A DNA stretch of 64,000 nt from Alphaproteobacteria bacterium (GCA_965227515.1 CBDDFZ010000001.1:3936001-4000000), one strand, 5' to 3'; shown: positions 31,010 through 41,414, counted from the stretch's first letter. A program made the numbers and translations. The notes: generated by a model from the letters alone, not told the origin.

Positions 31010-31055
31010 AATATCGGGGCAGCAGCGCCGCGGCTGTATGGGGTCGATGCCCCAA
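31010..31055 (-). promoter_or_regulatory. Conserved promoter module (second copy)
   Basis: AATATCGGGG at 31010 and ATGGGGTCGATGCCCCAA at 31038-31055. Confidence 0.65.
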
Positions 31056-31146
31056 TCTTTGCGGCTGCCAATTCCGCAATCCGCCCGGATGCTCTAAAAG
31101 CAATGCGCAAGGCGCCGACAAAGGCGGCGGAGGGAGGACTACCGGA

Positions 31147-33153
31147 ATGTCGAACACACCAAGCGATGCCGTGGCCCTGTTCGGGACCGAGGAGCCGGTG
31201 CCCGATTGCCCGCAGCTCAGGGCCGGCGCGCTGACCGCCAGCCTGGATGCCGGCAATCTGCGCCACATCAAGCTCAATGGCGTGGAGGCGATCCGCGCCA
31301 TCCAGTACCTGTCGCGCAACAAGAACTGGGGCACCTACAGCCCCGACATCGCCAACCTGAAGATCGACCAGGGCGACGACTCCTTCGTCGTCACCTACGA
31401 CGCCGTCTGTCGCGACGCCGAGCAGGAACTCGCCTACAGCGCGCGCATCGAGGGGCGGGCCGACGGCTCGCTGGCGTTCGACGTGACCGCAACCCCGAAA
31501 GGCGAATACCTGACCGCGCGCACCGGCTTCGTGGTGCTGCACCCGTCCGACGTCAGCGGGCAGCCGGTCAAGGTCGGCCAGGTCGACGGGACCAGCACGG
31601 TGGCGACCTTCCCGGTCGAGATCGACCCGGCGCAGCCGTTCAAGAACATGCGCGCGCTGACCCACGAGGTGACGCCGGGCGTCAACGTCACCTGCACCAT
31701 GCTGGGCGACACCTTCGAGATGGAGGACCAGCGCAACTGGATGGATGCGTCGTACAAGACGTATGTCCGCCCGCTGGCCCTGCCCTGGCCCTACACCCTG
31801 CCCGGCGGCGAGGCGTTCGAGCAGTCGGTGACGCTGGCGGTGACCGGCCCCGTCAGTAGCCAAGCTGCCGGGGATGCGGAAGGTGCCGTGACGGTCACGG
31901 TCGGTGGCGAGACGGAAAGCACCGTGCCCAGCCTCGGCCTCTACATCCCGCCCGAGCTGTCGCGCGATGCGCGCGGCCTGTCAGACGCCTTGGGCGCCCT
32001 GAAGCCGAACTACCTGGTCGGGCGGTTCGATGCCCGCGAGGGCCACAACTCCGTCACCCTGCGCAACTACGAGGCTGTGAAGCGCGCCATCGGCAAGCCG
32101 TTCACGCTGGAGGCGATCCTGCCGTGCCTGGACGGCAACGGCCAGCCGAGTGACGAAGTCGCGATCATGAAGGACGACATGGCATTCCTGGTCGGCTGCT
32201 GCGAGGAGGCCGACCTGGAGCCGGACGCGGTGGTGGTGACGCCGTCGACCGATACCAAGTGCACGCTGCCCGACGACGTGTTCCCGCCCTCACCCCCGCT
32301 GGCGGAGATCTACGATGCCGCGCGCGCGGCGTTTCCCAATGCGCAGATCGGCGGCGGCATGGTGAGCTACTTCACCGAGCTGAACCGCAAGCGCCCGCCC
32401 ACCGACAAGCTCGACTTCATCACCCACACGCTGTGCCCCATCATTCATGCCTGCGACGACATCTCGGTAATGGAGAACCTGGAGGCGCTGCCGCACATCG
32501 CGACCTCGGTCCGCGCCCTCGGCGGCGGCCTGCCCTATCGCATCGGCCCGACCGCCATCGGCATGCGCGACAACCCCTATGGCGCGGCGGCCGCCGACAA
32601 TCCCGACAACATCCGCATCGCCATGGCGATCAACGACCCGCGCCAGCGCAGCCTGCTGGGTGCGTCCTGGTATGCCGGGCTGTTCGCGCGGATGACAGCG
32701 GGCGGGGCCGAGGCCATCTGCCTGGCCACCCTGTCCGGGCCGAACGGCCTGGTGCACACCGACCAGGACTGGCCGACACCGTGGTTCGGCGACCAGCCAG
32801 CGGACACCCTGCTCTATCCGGCCTTCCATGTGATCGCCGAGATCAACCGCGTGGCCGGCCGCGCGGTCTACGAAACGGCGTCATCCGTTCCCGGTGCGGT
32901 GCAGGCCTTCGCCTACACCTCGTCCACCGGCCCGCGCATCTGGCTCGCCAACCTGACCGGCACCGCGCAGTCCGTGCAGGTCGAGGGCGTCGACCGTTCG
33001 GCGCGCGCCCACATCCACATGATCGACGCCAGTACGTTCACCGACGTCTGCACCGACCTTGGCGGCTTCGACTACGCGACGCGACCGGTCGAAGACGGCC
33101 GGGTCGAACTGGCGCCCTATGCCTGCGGCCGCCTGGACGTGCTGTCGGGGTGA
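31147..33153 (+). CDS. apnL: D-apionate lactonase-like protein
   Basis: ATG at 31147 after GGAGG. LRAGALTASLDAGNLR, WGTY, GFVVLHP, FEMEDQRNWMDASYKTYVRPLALPWPY, FTELNR recalled as the ApnL family. Confidence 0.75.
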   Translation: MSNTPSDAVALFGTEEPVPDCPQLRAGALTASLDAGNLRHIKLNGVEAIRAIQYLSRNKNWGTYSPDIANLKIDQGDDSFVVTYDAVCRDAEQELAYSARIEGRADGSLAFDVTATPKGEYLTARTGFVVLHPSDVSGQPVKVGQVDGTSTVATFPVEIDPAQPFKNMRALTHEVTPGVNVTCTMLGDTFEMEDQRNWMDASYKTYVRPLALPWPYTLPGGEAFEQSVTLAVTGPVSSQAAGDAEGAVTVTVGGETESTVPSLGLYIPPELSRDARGLSDALGALKPNYLVGRFDAREGHNSVTLRNYEAVKRAIGKPFTLEAILPCLDGNGQPSDEVAIMKDDMAFLVGCCEEADLEPDAVVVTPSTDTKCTLPDDVFPPSPPLAEIYDAARAAFPNAQIGGGMVSYFTELNRKRPPTDKLDFITHTLCPIIHACDDISVMENLEALPHIATSVRALGGGLPYRIGPTAIGMRDNPYGAAAADNPDNIRIAMAINDPRQRSLLGASWYAGLFARMTAGGAEAICLATLSGPNGLVHTDQDWPTPWFGDQPADTLLYPAFHVIAEINRVAGRAVYETASSVPGAVQAFAYTSSTGPRIWLANLTGTAQSVQVEGVDRSARAHIHMIDASTFTDVCTDLGGFDYATRPVEDGRVELAPYACGRLDVLSG

Positions 33154-33175
33154 TGCCCCGGGGGTTAGACGCGTA

Positions 33176-33400
33176 TCACGACCAGGTAAAGTCGTCGAAA
33201 AAGTCCCAGAACCTATGTCTGCGAACGCGTAGCCGCCCGTCCTTGTAGACCAAGGCAACATTGGATCGGCGGCAGTGCTGGCAGTGCGTGTAGTTCTTCT
33301 TGGCGCCCAAGAATGCAACCAACGGCAGTTTGACGATTGCCTGAGTTTTTTGGCCGCAGTGCAGGCAGTCGAATTCGCGCCCTATCTGCTGGTGGATCAT
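33176..33400 (-). CDS. Small putative zinc-ribbon protein (74 aa)
   Basis: Two CxxC motifs (CLHC, CQHC); G-rich upstream stretch; fills an otherwise empty gap. Confidence 0.5.
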   Translation of the reverse strand: MIHQQIGREFDCLHCGQKTQAIVKLPLVAFLGAKKNYTHCQHCRRSNVALVYKDGRLRVRRHRFWDFFDDFTWS

Positions 33401-33566
33401 CCCGCCCCCCGAGTCTTCTTGTGCCAGCGCATTCGAACTCATTTGCGCAGGGTGCGACGACCATACACATAAATGCAACTTGGCGAAGCGTCAGGGGGCG
33501 GCATCCACGCCCCGTCTTCGCGGTGCGTGGTACCTGAAATCGGAACCGAGATGTCGCCTGGCTGCC

Positions 33567-34184
33567 TTACTCCGGCGCGGTCTGGCGGATCGCCTCGAAC
33601 TCCAGGATAACCTCGACCTCGTCCTCGACCATGGGCAGGAAATAGGTGATGCCGAAGTCGGAGCGATTGAAGGCGGCACGCGCCGAGATGCCCATGGAAT
33701 ATTGCGGCGGGCCGAACGGATAGTCGGCGCTCTTGTTCCATGTCACGTCGACCGATACCGGGGCTGTGACACCGGCAACTGTCAGGTCGCCGTGGACGAC
33801 GCCGGTGCGCTCGCCGGTCTGTTCCACCTCGCGGCCGACGAAGGTGATCTCCGGGTGTTCGGCCGCGTTCAGGAAGTCGTCGCTGCGCAGGTGGTTGTCG
33901 CGCGCGTCGTGGTTGGTGAACACACTGCCGGCCTGGATCGTGAAGCTGATGTCGCCGACCTCCAGCGCCTCCTCGTCGAACTCGAACGAGCCGCCCGCCT
34001 CCAGGAACATGCCGACGACCTCCGCGTAGTCGAGGTGGCCGACCATGAACACGACCGAAAGGTGGGTCTGGTCCATCTCATAGGTCGCCATCTCCGCCGC
34101 GGCCGGCGTGGCCATCAGGCCGAAGGCAGCCGCCAGACCGGTCAGTGCGGGCGCGCGGCGGCGCAGGTATTCGGGCTTGCTCAT
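33567..34184 (-). CDS. YceI family periplasmic protein
   Basis: Signal peptide; YEMDQTH, RDNHLRSDDFL, GDLTVAGVT, RSDFGI. Confidence 0.9.
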   Translation of the reverse strand: MSKPEYLRRRAPALTGLAAAFGLMATPAAAEMATYEMDQTHLSVVFMVGHLDYAEVVGMFLEAGGSFEFDEEALEVGDISFTIQAGSVFTNHDARDNHLRSDDFLNAAEHPEITFVGREVEQTGERTGVVHGDLTVAGVTAPVSVDVTWNKSADYPFGPPQYSMGISARAAFNRSDFGITYFLPMVEDEVEVILEFEAIRQTAPE

Positions 34185-34319
34185 GTCGTCAGGGCTCCCT
34201 CGATCGCGTATGTGTAGCTGGTTGCGACGATTGATATGGCAGCCTGCAACAGTTGGGCCAGAGGTCTGGCGCCGGTGCGGCATCACGACCCTGTCAGGAC
34301 CGCTGTAACGGGAGACGAG

Positions 34320-35321
34320 ATGACCGGCGAGCACGAGGCGAGTGCATTCTGGCTGGAGCGCCCGGGGCACGGCACGCTGCGCCGCCAGCCGGTGCCGCTG
34401 TGCCAGCCGGGCGCGGTGACGGTGGCGACCCGGTGGACCGGTATCAGTGCGGGCACCGAGCGCACCGTGTTCGCCGGCCGGGTGCCGGAAAGCCAGCACC
34501 AGGCGATGCGCGCGCCATTACAGGAAGGCGACTTCCCGGCGCCGGTGAAATACGGCTACAGCGCGGTCGGCGTGGTCGAGGACGGTCCCGCCGCGTTGGC
34601 TGGCCAATCGGTGTTCGCGCTCCACCCGCACCAGTCCCGGTTCACGGTGCCGACCGACGCGGTGGTGCCGATCCCCGACAACGTGCCGCCAAGCCGCGCC
34701 GTGCTGGCCGCCAACATGGAAACCGCGCTCAACGCGGTGTGGGATGCCGAGGTCGGTGCCAGCGGTACAGGGGGCGACACGGTGACGGTGATCGGCGCCG
34801 GCGTCGTCGGCTGCCTGGTCGCCTATCTCGCCCGGCACCATTGCGGCGCCGACGTGGAGCTGGTCGACATCCTGCCGCAGCGGGCCGATATCGCGGCAGC
34901 GCTCGACATACCGTTCCGGCTCTCCGCCGAGGCCACGTCGGAGCGCCCCCTGATCTTCCACACCAGCGGCCATCCCGGCGGCCTGGTCCACGCGCTTTCC
35001 CTCGCCGCGTTCGAGGGCCGCATTTTCGAACTGAGCTGGTATGGCGACCGCAGCGTGCCGTTGCCGCTGGGCGAAGCGTTCCACAGCCGCCGGCTGAGCC
35101 TTGTTTCCAGCCAGGTCGGCCACGTCGCCACCCCGCGCCGCGCCACCACCAGCTATCGCGACCGGCTGAGCCAGGCAATCGCCCTGTTGGCCGACGACAG
35201 GCTTGACGCCCTGATCGAACGCGATATTGCTTTTGCCGACCTGCCGGCGACCATGGCGGCGCTGGTCGACGATGCCACGCCCGTGCTGTGCGTGCGGGTG
35301 TGCTACCCAGCCAACGAGTGA
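34320..35321 (+). CDS. MDR-superfamily dehydrogenase (catalytic Zn ligands absent)
   Basis: [27 protein letters not shown], Rossmann GAGVVG, LSWYG. Confidence 0.85.
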   Translation: MTGEHEASAFWLERPGHGTLRRQPVPLCQPGAVTVATRWTGISAGTERTVFAGRVPESQHQAMRAPLQEGDFPAPVKYGYSAVGVVEDGPAALAGQSVFALHPHQSRFTVPTDAVVPIPDNVPPSRAVLAANMETALNAVWDAEVGASGTGGDTVTVIGAGVVGCLVAYLARHHCGADVELVDILPQRADIAAALDIPFRLSAEATSERPLIFHTSGHPGGLVHALSLAAFEGRIFELSWYGDRSVPLPLGEAFHSRRLSLVSSQVGHVATPRRATTSYRDRLSQAIALLADDRLDALIERDIAFADLPATMAALVDDATPVLCVRVCYPANE

Positions 35322-35338
35322 CGAACCAGCGAGGCCGC

Positions 35339-35746
35339 ATGTATTCCCTGACCGTCCGCGACCACTTCATGATTGCCCACAGCTTCAAGGGCGAGATCTT
35401 TGGCCCAGCGCAGAAGATGCACGGCGCCACCTATGTGGTGGACATGGAGGTCAGACGCCCGGAGCTGGACGCCGACGGGCTGGTGGTCGACATCGGCCTC
35501 GCCTCGCAGGTGCTGCACGACGTGCTGTCAGCGTTGAACTACCGCAATCTGGACGAGGAGCCGGACTTCGCCGGCCAGAACACCACCACGGAGTTCCTGG
35601 CCAAGGCGATCTTCGACCGCATGGCCGCCCGCATCGCCGCCGGCGACCTGGGCGCCAACGCACGCGGACTGACGGTGCTGAAGGTGACGCTGGGCGAATC
35701 CCACATCGCGTGGGCGGCCTATGAGGGCGCGCTGCCCGGCGCCTGA
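35339..35746 (+). CDS. QueD/6-pyruvoyl-tetrahydropterin synthase-like protein (COG0720, FGPAQ subtype)
   Basis: MIAHSF...[12 protein letters not shown]...LVVDIG...NTTTEFLA...LGES. Confidence 0.88.
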   Translation: MYSLTVRDHFMIAHSFKGEIFGPAQKMHGATYVVDMEVRRPELDADGLVVDIGLASQVLHDVLSALNYRNLDEEPDFAGQNTTTEFLAKAIFDRMAARIAAGDLGANARGLTVLKVTLGESHIAWAAYEGALPGA

Positions 35747-35785
35747 TACCGCGCCCGCGGCCGCCCGAACAGCGCGACGCGCCCG

Positions 35786-36826
35786 ATGCCGGGCTTCGTC
35801 CTTGTCTACCCCGGCGATCTCGCGACGCCGACCGGCGGCTACCGCTACGACCGCCGGATCGTGGAGGACTGTCTCGCGGTCGGTTGGACAGTGGATGAAG
35901 TAAGCCTCTCCGCCGCGTTCCCCGCGCCAGCCGGTGCCGACCTGGACCATGCCGATCAGGCGCTGAGCCAATGCCCCGATGGCACGCTGGTGGTGTGCGA
36001 CGGCCTCGCCTTTGGCGCCATGCCCGATGTGGCGGCCAGCCACGCCTTGCGCCTGCGCCTGGTGGCGCTGGTCCACCACCCGCTGTGCGACGAGACCGGG
36101 ATCGGCGCGGACGACCGCGAACGTCTGTTCGAATCCGAGCGGCAGGCGCTGTCGCACGCCAGGCACGTCATCGTCACCAGCCCGGCGACGGCACGGCGGC
36201 TGGCGGACTTCGACGTCCCGCCTGAGCGCATCTCGGTGGTGGTGCCCGGCGTCGACATCGGCCCGGCGGCAACGCCGCATGCCTATGGCCCCTGCCGCCT
36301 GATCTGCGTGGCCAGCCTGACCCCGCGCAAGGGGCATGACGCTTTGCTGACCGCACTGGCGCGCTGCGACGACCTGGACTGGCAACTCACGCTCGTCGGC
36401 CCGACCGACCTGGACCCGGCGCACGCCGACAGGGTGGCCGAGCAGGCCGAGGTTTTCGGCGACCGGGTCACCATCACCGGCCCACTCCCGCAACAGGACG
36501 TCGCCGCCGCTTTGGCCGCGTCGGACGCCTTCGTGCTGGCATCCCACTACGAGGGCTATGGCATGGCGTTCGTCGAGGCGATTGCCGCTGGCCTGCCCAT
36601 CGTTGCCACGGCAGGCGGCGCCACGGCGGACACAATTCCAGCCGGCACCGGCCTGTTGAGCCCCCCCGGCGACGTCGAAGCACTGGCAGCCAATCTGCGC
36701 TGCATCATCGGCGACTGGGACCGGCGCGAGGAGATGCGCCGGGCGGCCGTCGCCGCGCGCGAGCATTTGCAAAGCTGGCGCGACGCCGGCGCGGCGTTCC
36801 GCGCCGCCCTGGAGCAGGTCGCGTGA
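35786..36826 (+). CDS. Glycosyltransferase family 4 (GT-B)
   Basis: TGGYRYD, PRKGH, SHYEGYGMAFVEA. Confidence 0.9.
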   Translation: MPGFVLVYPGDLATPTGGYRYDRRIVEDCLAVGWTVDEVSLSAAFPAPAGADLDHADQALSQCPDGTLVVCDGLAFGAMPDVAASHALRLRLVALVHHPLCDETGIGADDRERLFESERQALSHARHVIVTSPATARRLADFDVPPERISVVVPGVDIGPAATPHAYGPCRLICVASLTPRKGHDALLTALARCDDLDWQLTLVGPTDLDPAHADRVAEQAEVFGDRVTITGPLPQQDVAAALAASDAFVLASHYEGYGMAFVEAIAAGLPIVATAGGATADTIPAGTGLLSPPGDVEALAANLRCIIGDWDRREEMRRAAVAAREHLQSWRDAGAAFRAALEQVA

Positions 36827-37635
36827 CCGACGGCAGTTTCGATGCCGGCTGGCTGGCGCTCAGGCGGCCCTACGATCATGCCGCCCGGGACAATGCCGCC
36901 TGGCAGGCCTGCCGCGACTGGGCGGCAACCCGCGACCGCCTGCGCATCGTCGACCTCGGCGCCGGCAGCGGCTCGAACCTCGCCTTCATGGCCGAACGGC
37001 TTGAGGTGGCGCAAGACTGGGTGCTGGTCGACAGCGATCCGGCATTGCTGGAAGCGGCGGCACGTCAGGCACACCCGCAAGCGACTGTTTCGACGCGCGA
37101 AGCGGACCTCGCCAAGGCGGATCTTGGCGAGCTGATCTCAGGCGCCGACCTGGTGACGGCGGCGGCGCTGCTCGACCTGGTCAGTGCGGACTGGGTGGCG
37201 CGCCTGGTCGGGGCATGCCGCGATCAGGCGGTGGCGCTGCTGGCGACGCTGACCGTCGACCGCCGGCTGGACTGGCAACCGGCGCTGGCCAACGACACGG
37301 ACATCGCGGCGGCCTTCCACCGCGACCTGCAACGCGACAAGGGCTTCGGTCCAGGCCTCGGCCCCGATGCCGCCGCACTGCTGGTCGAGTTGTTGGGAGA
37401 GGCCGGCCTTGCCGTGACCCGAGCCACGAGCGACTGGGCCCTCGGCCCCGGCGACGAAGCGATGGCCGAGGCGTTGATCGGCTTCTATGCGGATGCCGCC
37501 GATCGCGCGCCCTCACTTTCGCCAACGAAATTGTCAACGTGGCGGACGGCCCGCCAGCAAAGCCTGAAGACCAACGCCTGGTCGCACCTTGTCGGCCATG
37601 TGGATGTGTTTGCAAGGCCCGCCGAGATCACCTAG
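36823..37635 (+). CDS. Class I SAM-dependent methyltransferase
   Basis: WLALRRPYD, VDLGAGSGSN SAM motif, AALLDL; GTGA-coupled to the glycosyltransferase. Confidence 0.85.
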   Translation: MTDGSFDAGWLALRRPYDHAARDNAAWQACRDWAATRDRLRIVDLGAGSGSNLAFMAERLEVAQDWVLVDSDPALLEAAARQAHPQATVSTREADLAKADLGELISGADLVTAAALLDLVSADWVARLVGACRDQAVALLATLTVDRRLDWQPALANDTDIAAAFHRDLQRDKGFGPGLGPDAAALLVELLGEAGLAVTRATSDWALGPGDEAMAEALIGFYADAADRAPSLSPTKLSTWRTARQQSLKTNAWSHLVGHVDVFARPAEIT

Positions 37636-38467
37636 CCAGCGCCCCGTCGGCGGCGGCCGACAGGTCGAAATCGAACAGCACGTCGTCGCCCAAACGATAG
37701 GCCTGGCACGGCGGGCGCAGTGCGTCGTCGAGGCGCTCAACGACCGGCAGGCTGAGCGACGGACGTCCCGATCCGATCAGCAGCGGCGCAACGCAGAGTT
37801 GAAGACGGGTCAGGCATCCCGCATGCAGGAAACGCGAAACCGTGGTCCCGCCGCCTTCGATCAGCAGGCGGGTCAGCCCCCGTTCCGCCAACGCGGCGAC
37901 GACGGCGCGGCAGTCGAGACCGCCGTCGGCCGCGGAGGCCAACGCCAGCCGCGCGACGCCGTTCACGCCTTCCGACGTGCCGGAATCGCCGATGGAAACG
38001 ACCACCGTCGGCGCCGCACCATCGCGCAGCAAGCCGCTGTCAGCCGGCAGCCGGCCGCGCGGATCGATCACCACGCGGGTCGGGTTGGGGCCTGCGACCC
38101 GCCTGGTGGTCAGCCGCGGCGCGTCCGCAATCGCGGTGCCGACGCCGATGACCACGGCATCGCACAGCGCGCGCAGGCGGTGCAGATGGACCAGGCTCTC
38201 CGGCCCATTGACGTAATGCGAGTGGCCACTTTCAGTTGCAATACGCCCATCGACGCTTTGGCCGAGATGGGCCACCACCCAACCCGGCTGGCGGGATGCA
38301 TCGGCCAGCGGCCCGAATAGTGCATTCAGTTGAGCGACGGCCGCATCGCCATCGGGTAACGCCGCCAGGGCATCCGGACGCGCGCCGCGATCGACCATGG
38401 CACGTCGATCGAGCAGCACGGACCAGGCGGCCTCCGTCTCGGCGCTACCGGAATCGGCGGGAACCAT
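37628..38467 (-). CDS. RibD C-terminal (pyrimidine reductase) domain protein
   Basis: GQSVDGRIA, HRLRALCDAVVIGVGT, DAPRLT, LLIEGGG; no deaminase HAE/PCxxC motif. Start uncertain. Confidence 0.85.
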   Translation of the reverse strand: MVPADSGSAETEAAWSVLLDRRAMVDRGARPDALAALPDGDAAVAQLNALFGPLADASRQPGWVVAHLGQSVDGRIATESGHSHYVNGPESLVHLHRLRALCDAVVIGVGTAIADAPRLTTRRVAGPNPTRVVIDPRGRLPADSGLLRDGAAPTVVVSIGDSGTSEGVNGVARLALASAADGGLDCRAVVAALAERGLTRLLIEGGGTTVSRFLHAGCLTRLQLCVAPLLIGSGRPSLSLPVVERLDDALRPPCQAYRLGDDVLFDFDLSAAADGALAR

Positions 38468-38627
38468 CGCTGTCCTTTCGACGTTGTGATGCTGCGTCAG
38501 GCAATCGTGTGCGCGCTGCCTTCCGGTGGCCAACTAAGGCAATTTTATGGCTGAAAATCATGGCCTTACCGCATAGCAACATAAAGCAAAGGTTACTTGC
38601 AACCGCTGCTGGCTTCACTCATAGAAG

Positions 38628-39746
38628 ATGGCCATGGGGGAACTGACCCAACACTGCCGGACCGCCGTCGCCGTCGAGCGCGCGGTCTTCGAATGTCGCG
38701 CCGGCCGCGCCGTCGAGGTGTTCGACGCGCACTCCCGGCTGCTGGCGGCACCACTGCAGCACGATCCGGAGCAGCAACTGGCGGCCTGGCGGCCACTGGT
38801 GAACGGGCACGTGTCGCTGCTGCTGAGCGGCCATCGGATGGCGCAGCTTGGCGGATCGCGGTCCGCAACGATGATCGAGCTGCCGTCGAGCTGTTCCGCC
38901 GACGACCTGGCGGACCTGGCCGTTGGCCATCCGCACCGGTCCGCGCCCCGCGCCCGCATGGCCGGCGGCATCGATGTCGGTGACTGCTCGCTGGCCCGCG
39001 CGGCGATCCGGCTGGCCTGCCTGGCCGAGACCATCCCCGCGCTGCTGGTGGTGCGCGCCAGCAATGACGGCACGCCGTTCAAGGCGCCGCCGGACTGTCT
39101 TTCGGTCAACGCCGCGGCGGTCGAGGCCCACGCCTTCGACCTCGCCACCAGGGTGAGCCGGGTCAGCCAGGCGCCGGTGCCGATCCCCGACAATGTCGAC
39201 TGCCGCTTCGTGGCCTATCGCACGCGGCTGTCGAGCACCGAGCACATCGCCGTCGTGCAGGGGACAAGCGCGCCCGGCGATGCGCCGCTGGTGCGCCTGC
39301 ATTCTGCCTGCCTGACCGGCGATGTCTTTCATTCCATGCGCTGCGACTGCGGCGAGCAGTTGTCGTCCACCATCTCGCGCATGGCCCAGGCCGGCGGCGG
39401 CATCGTCTGCTATCTGGCGCAAGAGGGCCGGGGCATCGGGCTCAGCAACAAGCTGAAGGCCTACACCTTGCAGGATGACGGTCTCGACACGCTGGATGCC
39501 AACGAGGCCCTGGGCTTCGCCCGCGACGAGCGGCTGTTCAACATCGCCGCTGGCATGCTGAGCGACCTGGGCGTTGCGCGGGTGCGGCTGATGACCAATA
39601 ATCCGGACAAGATCGCCGGCCTGAAGAGCTGTGGCATAGAGGTGGTGGAACGCGTGGGCCTGCCCTCGACCGTCAATCGTCATAACGAGCGGTACATGAC
39701 CGCCCGGGCCGAGCGCTCGGGGTATCTCTTCGCGCCCAGCCGCTGA
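38628..39746 (+). CDS. ribA: GTP cyclohydrolase II with degenerate N-terminal extension
   Basis: VRLHSACLTGDVFHSMRCDCGEQL, QEGRGIGL, LMTNNPDK. Confidence 0.9.
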   Translation: MAMGELTQHCRTAVAVERAVFECRAGRAVEVFDAHSRLLAAPLQHDPEQQLAAWRPLVNGHVSLLLSGHRMAQLGGSRSATMIELPSSCSADDLADLAVGHPHRSAPRARMAGGIDVGDCSLARAAIRLACLAETIPALLVVRASNDGTPFKAPPDCLSVNAAAVEAHAFDLATRVSRVSQAPVPIPDNVDCRFVAYRTRLSSTEHIAVVQGTSAPGDAPLVRLHSACLTGDVFHSMRCDCGEQLSSTISRMAQAGGGIVCYLAQEGRGIGLSNKLKAYTLQDDGLDTLDANEALGFARDERLFNIAAGMLSDLGVARVRLMTNNPDKIAGLKSCGIEVVERVGLPSTVNRHNERYMTARAERSGYLFAPSR

Positions 39747-39766
39747 GTTCATGAACTGCTGAGACA

Positions 39767-41002
39767 ATGAGCCAGGCGCCGTCCGCGACCAGCGGGCTTT
39801 CCGGCAGCACCCGCGACGTACGCGTCGACTTCTTCCGCGGCATCGCCATGCTGATCATCTACATGGCGCATATGCCCGGCAACCGCTGGGGCGAGTTCAT
39901 CCCTGCCCGCTTCGGCCCCAGCGACGCCACCGAATGGTTCGTGTTCTGCGCCGGGTTCGCCTCGGCCATCGCGTTCGGCGGCGTGTTCGTGCGCCGCGGC
40001 ATGGCGATGGGCACCGCGCGCATCCTGCATCGCTGCTGGCAGATCTATTGGGCGCACATCGGGCTGTTCTTCGCCGTCGCCGCGCTGTGCGTGGCCGGCA
40101 ATTTCTATCTCGGCACCGAGAAGGACTACGTCGGCAACCTCAACCTCTATCCGTTCGTCAACGACGACACCATGCGCGGCATCTTTCACCTGATGACGCT
40201 GACGTACGTGCCGAACTATTTCGACATCCTGCCGATGTACATGGTGATCCTGTTGATGGTGCCGATCGTGATGGCGCTGGCGAGGATTCACGCGGCGTTC
40301 GCCGGTGCGTTCTGCGTGGCGGTGTACGTGGCGACCTGGGTGTGGGGCCTGAACTTCCCGGCCGAGTGGTGGACCGAACGGCAGTGGTTCTTCAACCCGC
40401 TGGGCTGGCAGGTGGTGTTCTTCCTGGGCTTCGCCACCTCGGCCGGGTGGATACGACCGCCTCGTCCAAACTGGTGGCTGACTGGTGCTGCGATCCTGTT
40501 CGTCCTGGCCATCCTGCCGTTCAAGTACGCGCCGATCTGGGAGAACGTCGGCTGGATCAACGCGTTCAGCTACGAGTTGCTGCCGGGCTTCGAGAAGACC
40601 GACTTCGGTCTGCTGCGCCTGCTCCACTTCATGTGCCTGGCCTATCTGGCCTACGCCGCCTTCCTGGGCCGCGAGCACTGGCTGGCGATGGACTGGGCGA
40701 AGCCGATCGTGAAGGTCGGACAGAATTCGCTGCCGGTGTTCCTGTCCAGCATGTGGCTGTCGTGGGCAGGCGGGATGGTGCTGGACCTGATCGGCCGCGA
40801 CGACCTGACGTGGGCGCTGGTCAACCTGGGCGGCATCGCCATCCTGATCGGCGTGGCCTACGGCGCCGCATGGTTCCGCGCCCAACCGTGGCGCAAGAAG
40901 CGCGATCACGCAGCGGCCAGCGCTGCCGATAGCCAAGCCGAGCCGCGCTACGTCAGCAGCCGACCCACGTTCGGCGACCGAAGGCTGGCGCCCGGCGAGT
41001 AG
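39767..41002 (+). CDS. opgC: OpgC-family acyl(succinyl)transferase
   Basis: RDVRVDFFRG, SDATEWFVF, FDILPMY, FNPLGWQ, VGQNSLPVF. Confidence 0.85.
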   Translation: MSQAPSATSGLSGSTRDVRVDFFRGIAMLIIYMAHMPGNRWGEFIPARFGPSDATEWFVFCAGFASAIAFGGVFVRRGMAMGTARILHRCWQIYWAHIGLFFAVAALCVAGNFYLGTEKDYVGNLNLYPFVNDDTMRGIFHLMTLTYVPNYFDILPMYMVILLMVPIVMALARIHAAFAGAFCVAVYVATWVWGLNFPAEWWTERQWFFNPLGWQVVFFLGFATSAGWIRPPRPNWWLTGAAILFVLAILPFKYAPIWENVGWINAFSYELLPGFEKTDFGLLRLLHFMCLAYLAYAAFLGREHWLAMDWAKPIVKVGQNSLPVFLSSMWLSWAGGMVLDLIGRDDLTWALVNLGGIAILIGVAYGAAWFRAQPWRKKRDHAAASAADSQAEPRYVSSRPTFGDRRLAPGE

Positions 41003-41012
41003 CCGGTCCCGT

Positions 41013-41414
41013 CTATTCCGCTTCGGCGGTCCGCTGGTTGCGAATGTTGCGCTCCGCCATGGCGGTCAAGGTTTCGCGCATGCGGTTCTTGAAGCCCTGA
41101 AGGTGCGTCATCGACACGACGCACAGGATCGTCAGGGGGATCAGCAACATCACCCTCACCGGCATCGGCAAATTGATCGCGAACATGGCCAGCAGCAGCA
41201 CGATCGCAATCGGTAGCGCGATCCAGTTGATCGTGTCGTACTTGCGCTTGAAGTCCGGATACGCGGCGCTGAATGCGCGTGTGGCCTCAGGACCGGAGAG
41301 ATGGCTCCTGCAATCGGATGGGACACCCGCCAGCACGCGGTTGAACAGCCTGCGCTCATAGCCTCTGAGCTCGACGGCCAGGGTTTCGTTTTCTCGCATA
41401 TCGAGCGCTTGCAT
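41013..41414 (-). CDS. Hypothetical membrane protein (two TM helices)
   Basis: ATG at 41414 after a strong GAGGAGG; hydrophobic hairpin. Confidence 0.6.
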   Translation of the reverse strand: MQALDMRENETLAVELRGYERRLFNRVLAGVPSDCRSHLSGPEATRAFSAAYPDFKRKYDTINWIALPIAIVLLLAMFAINLPMPVRVMLLIPLTILCVVSMTHLQGFKNRMRETLTAMAERNIRNQRTAEAE

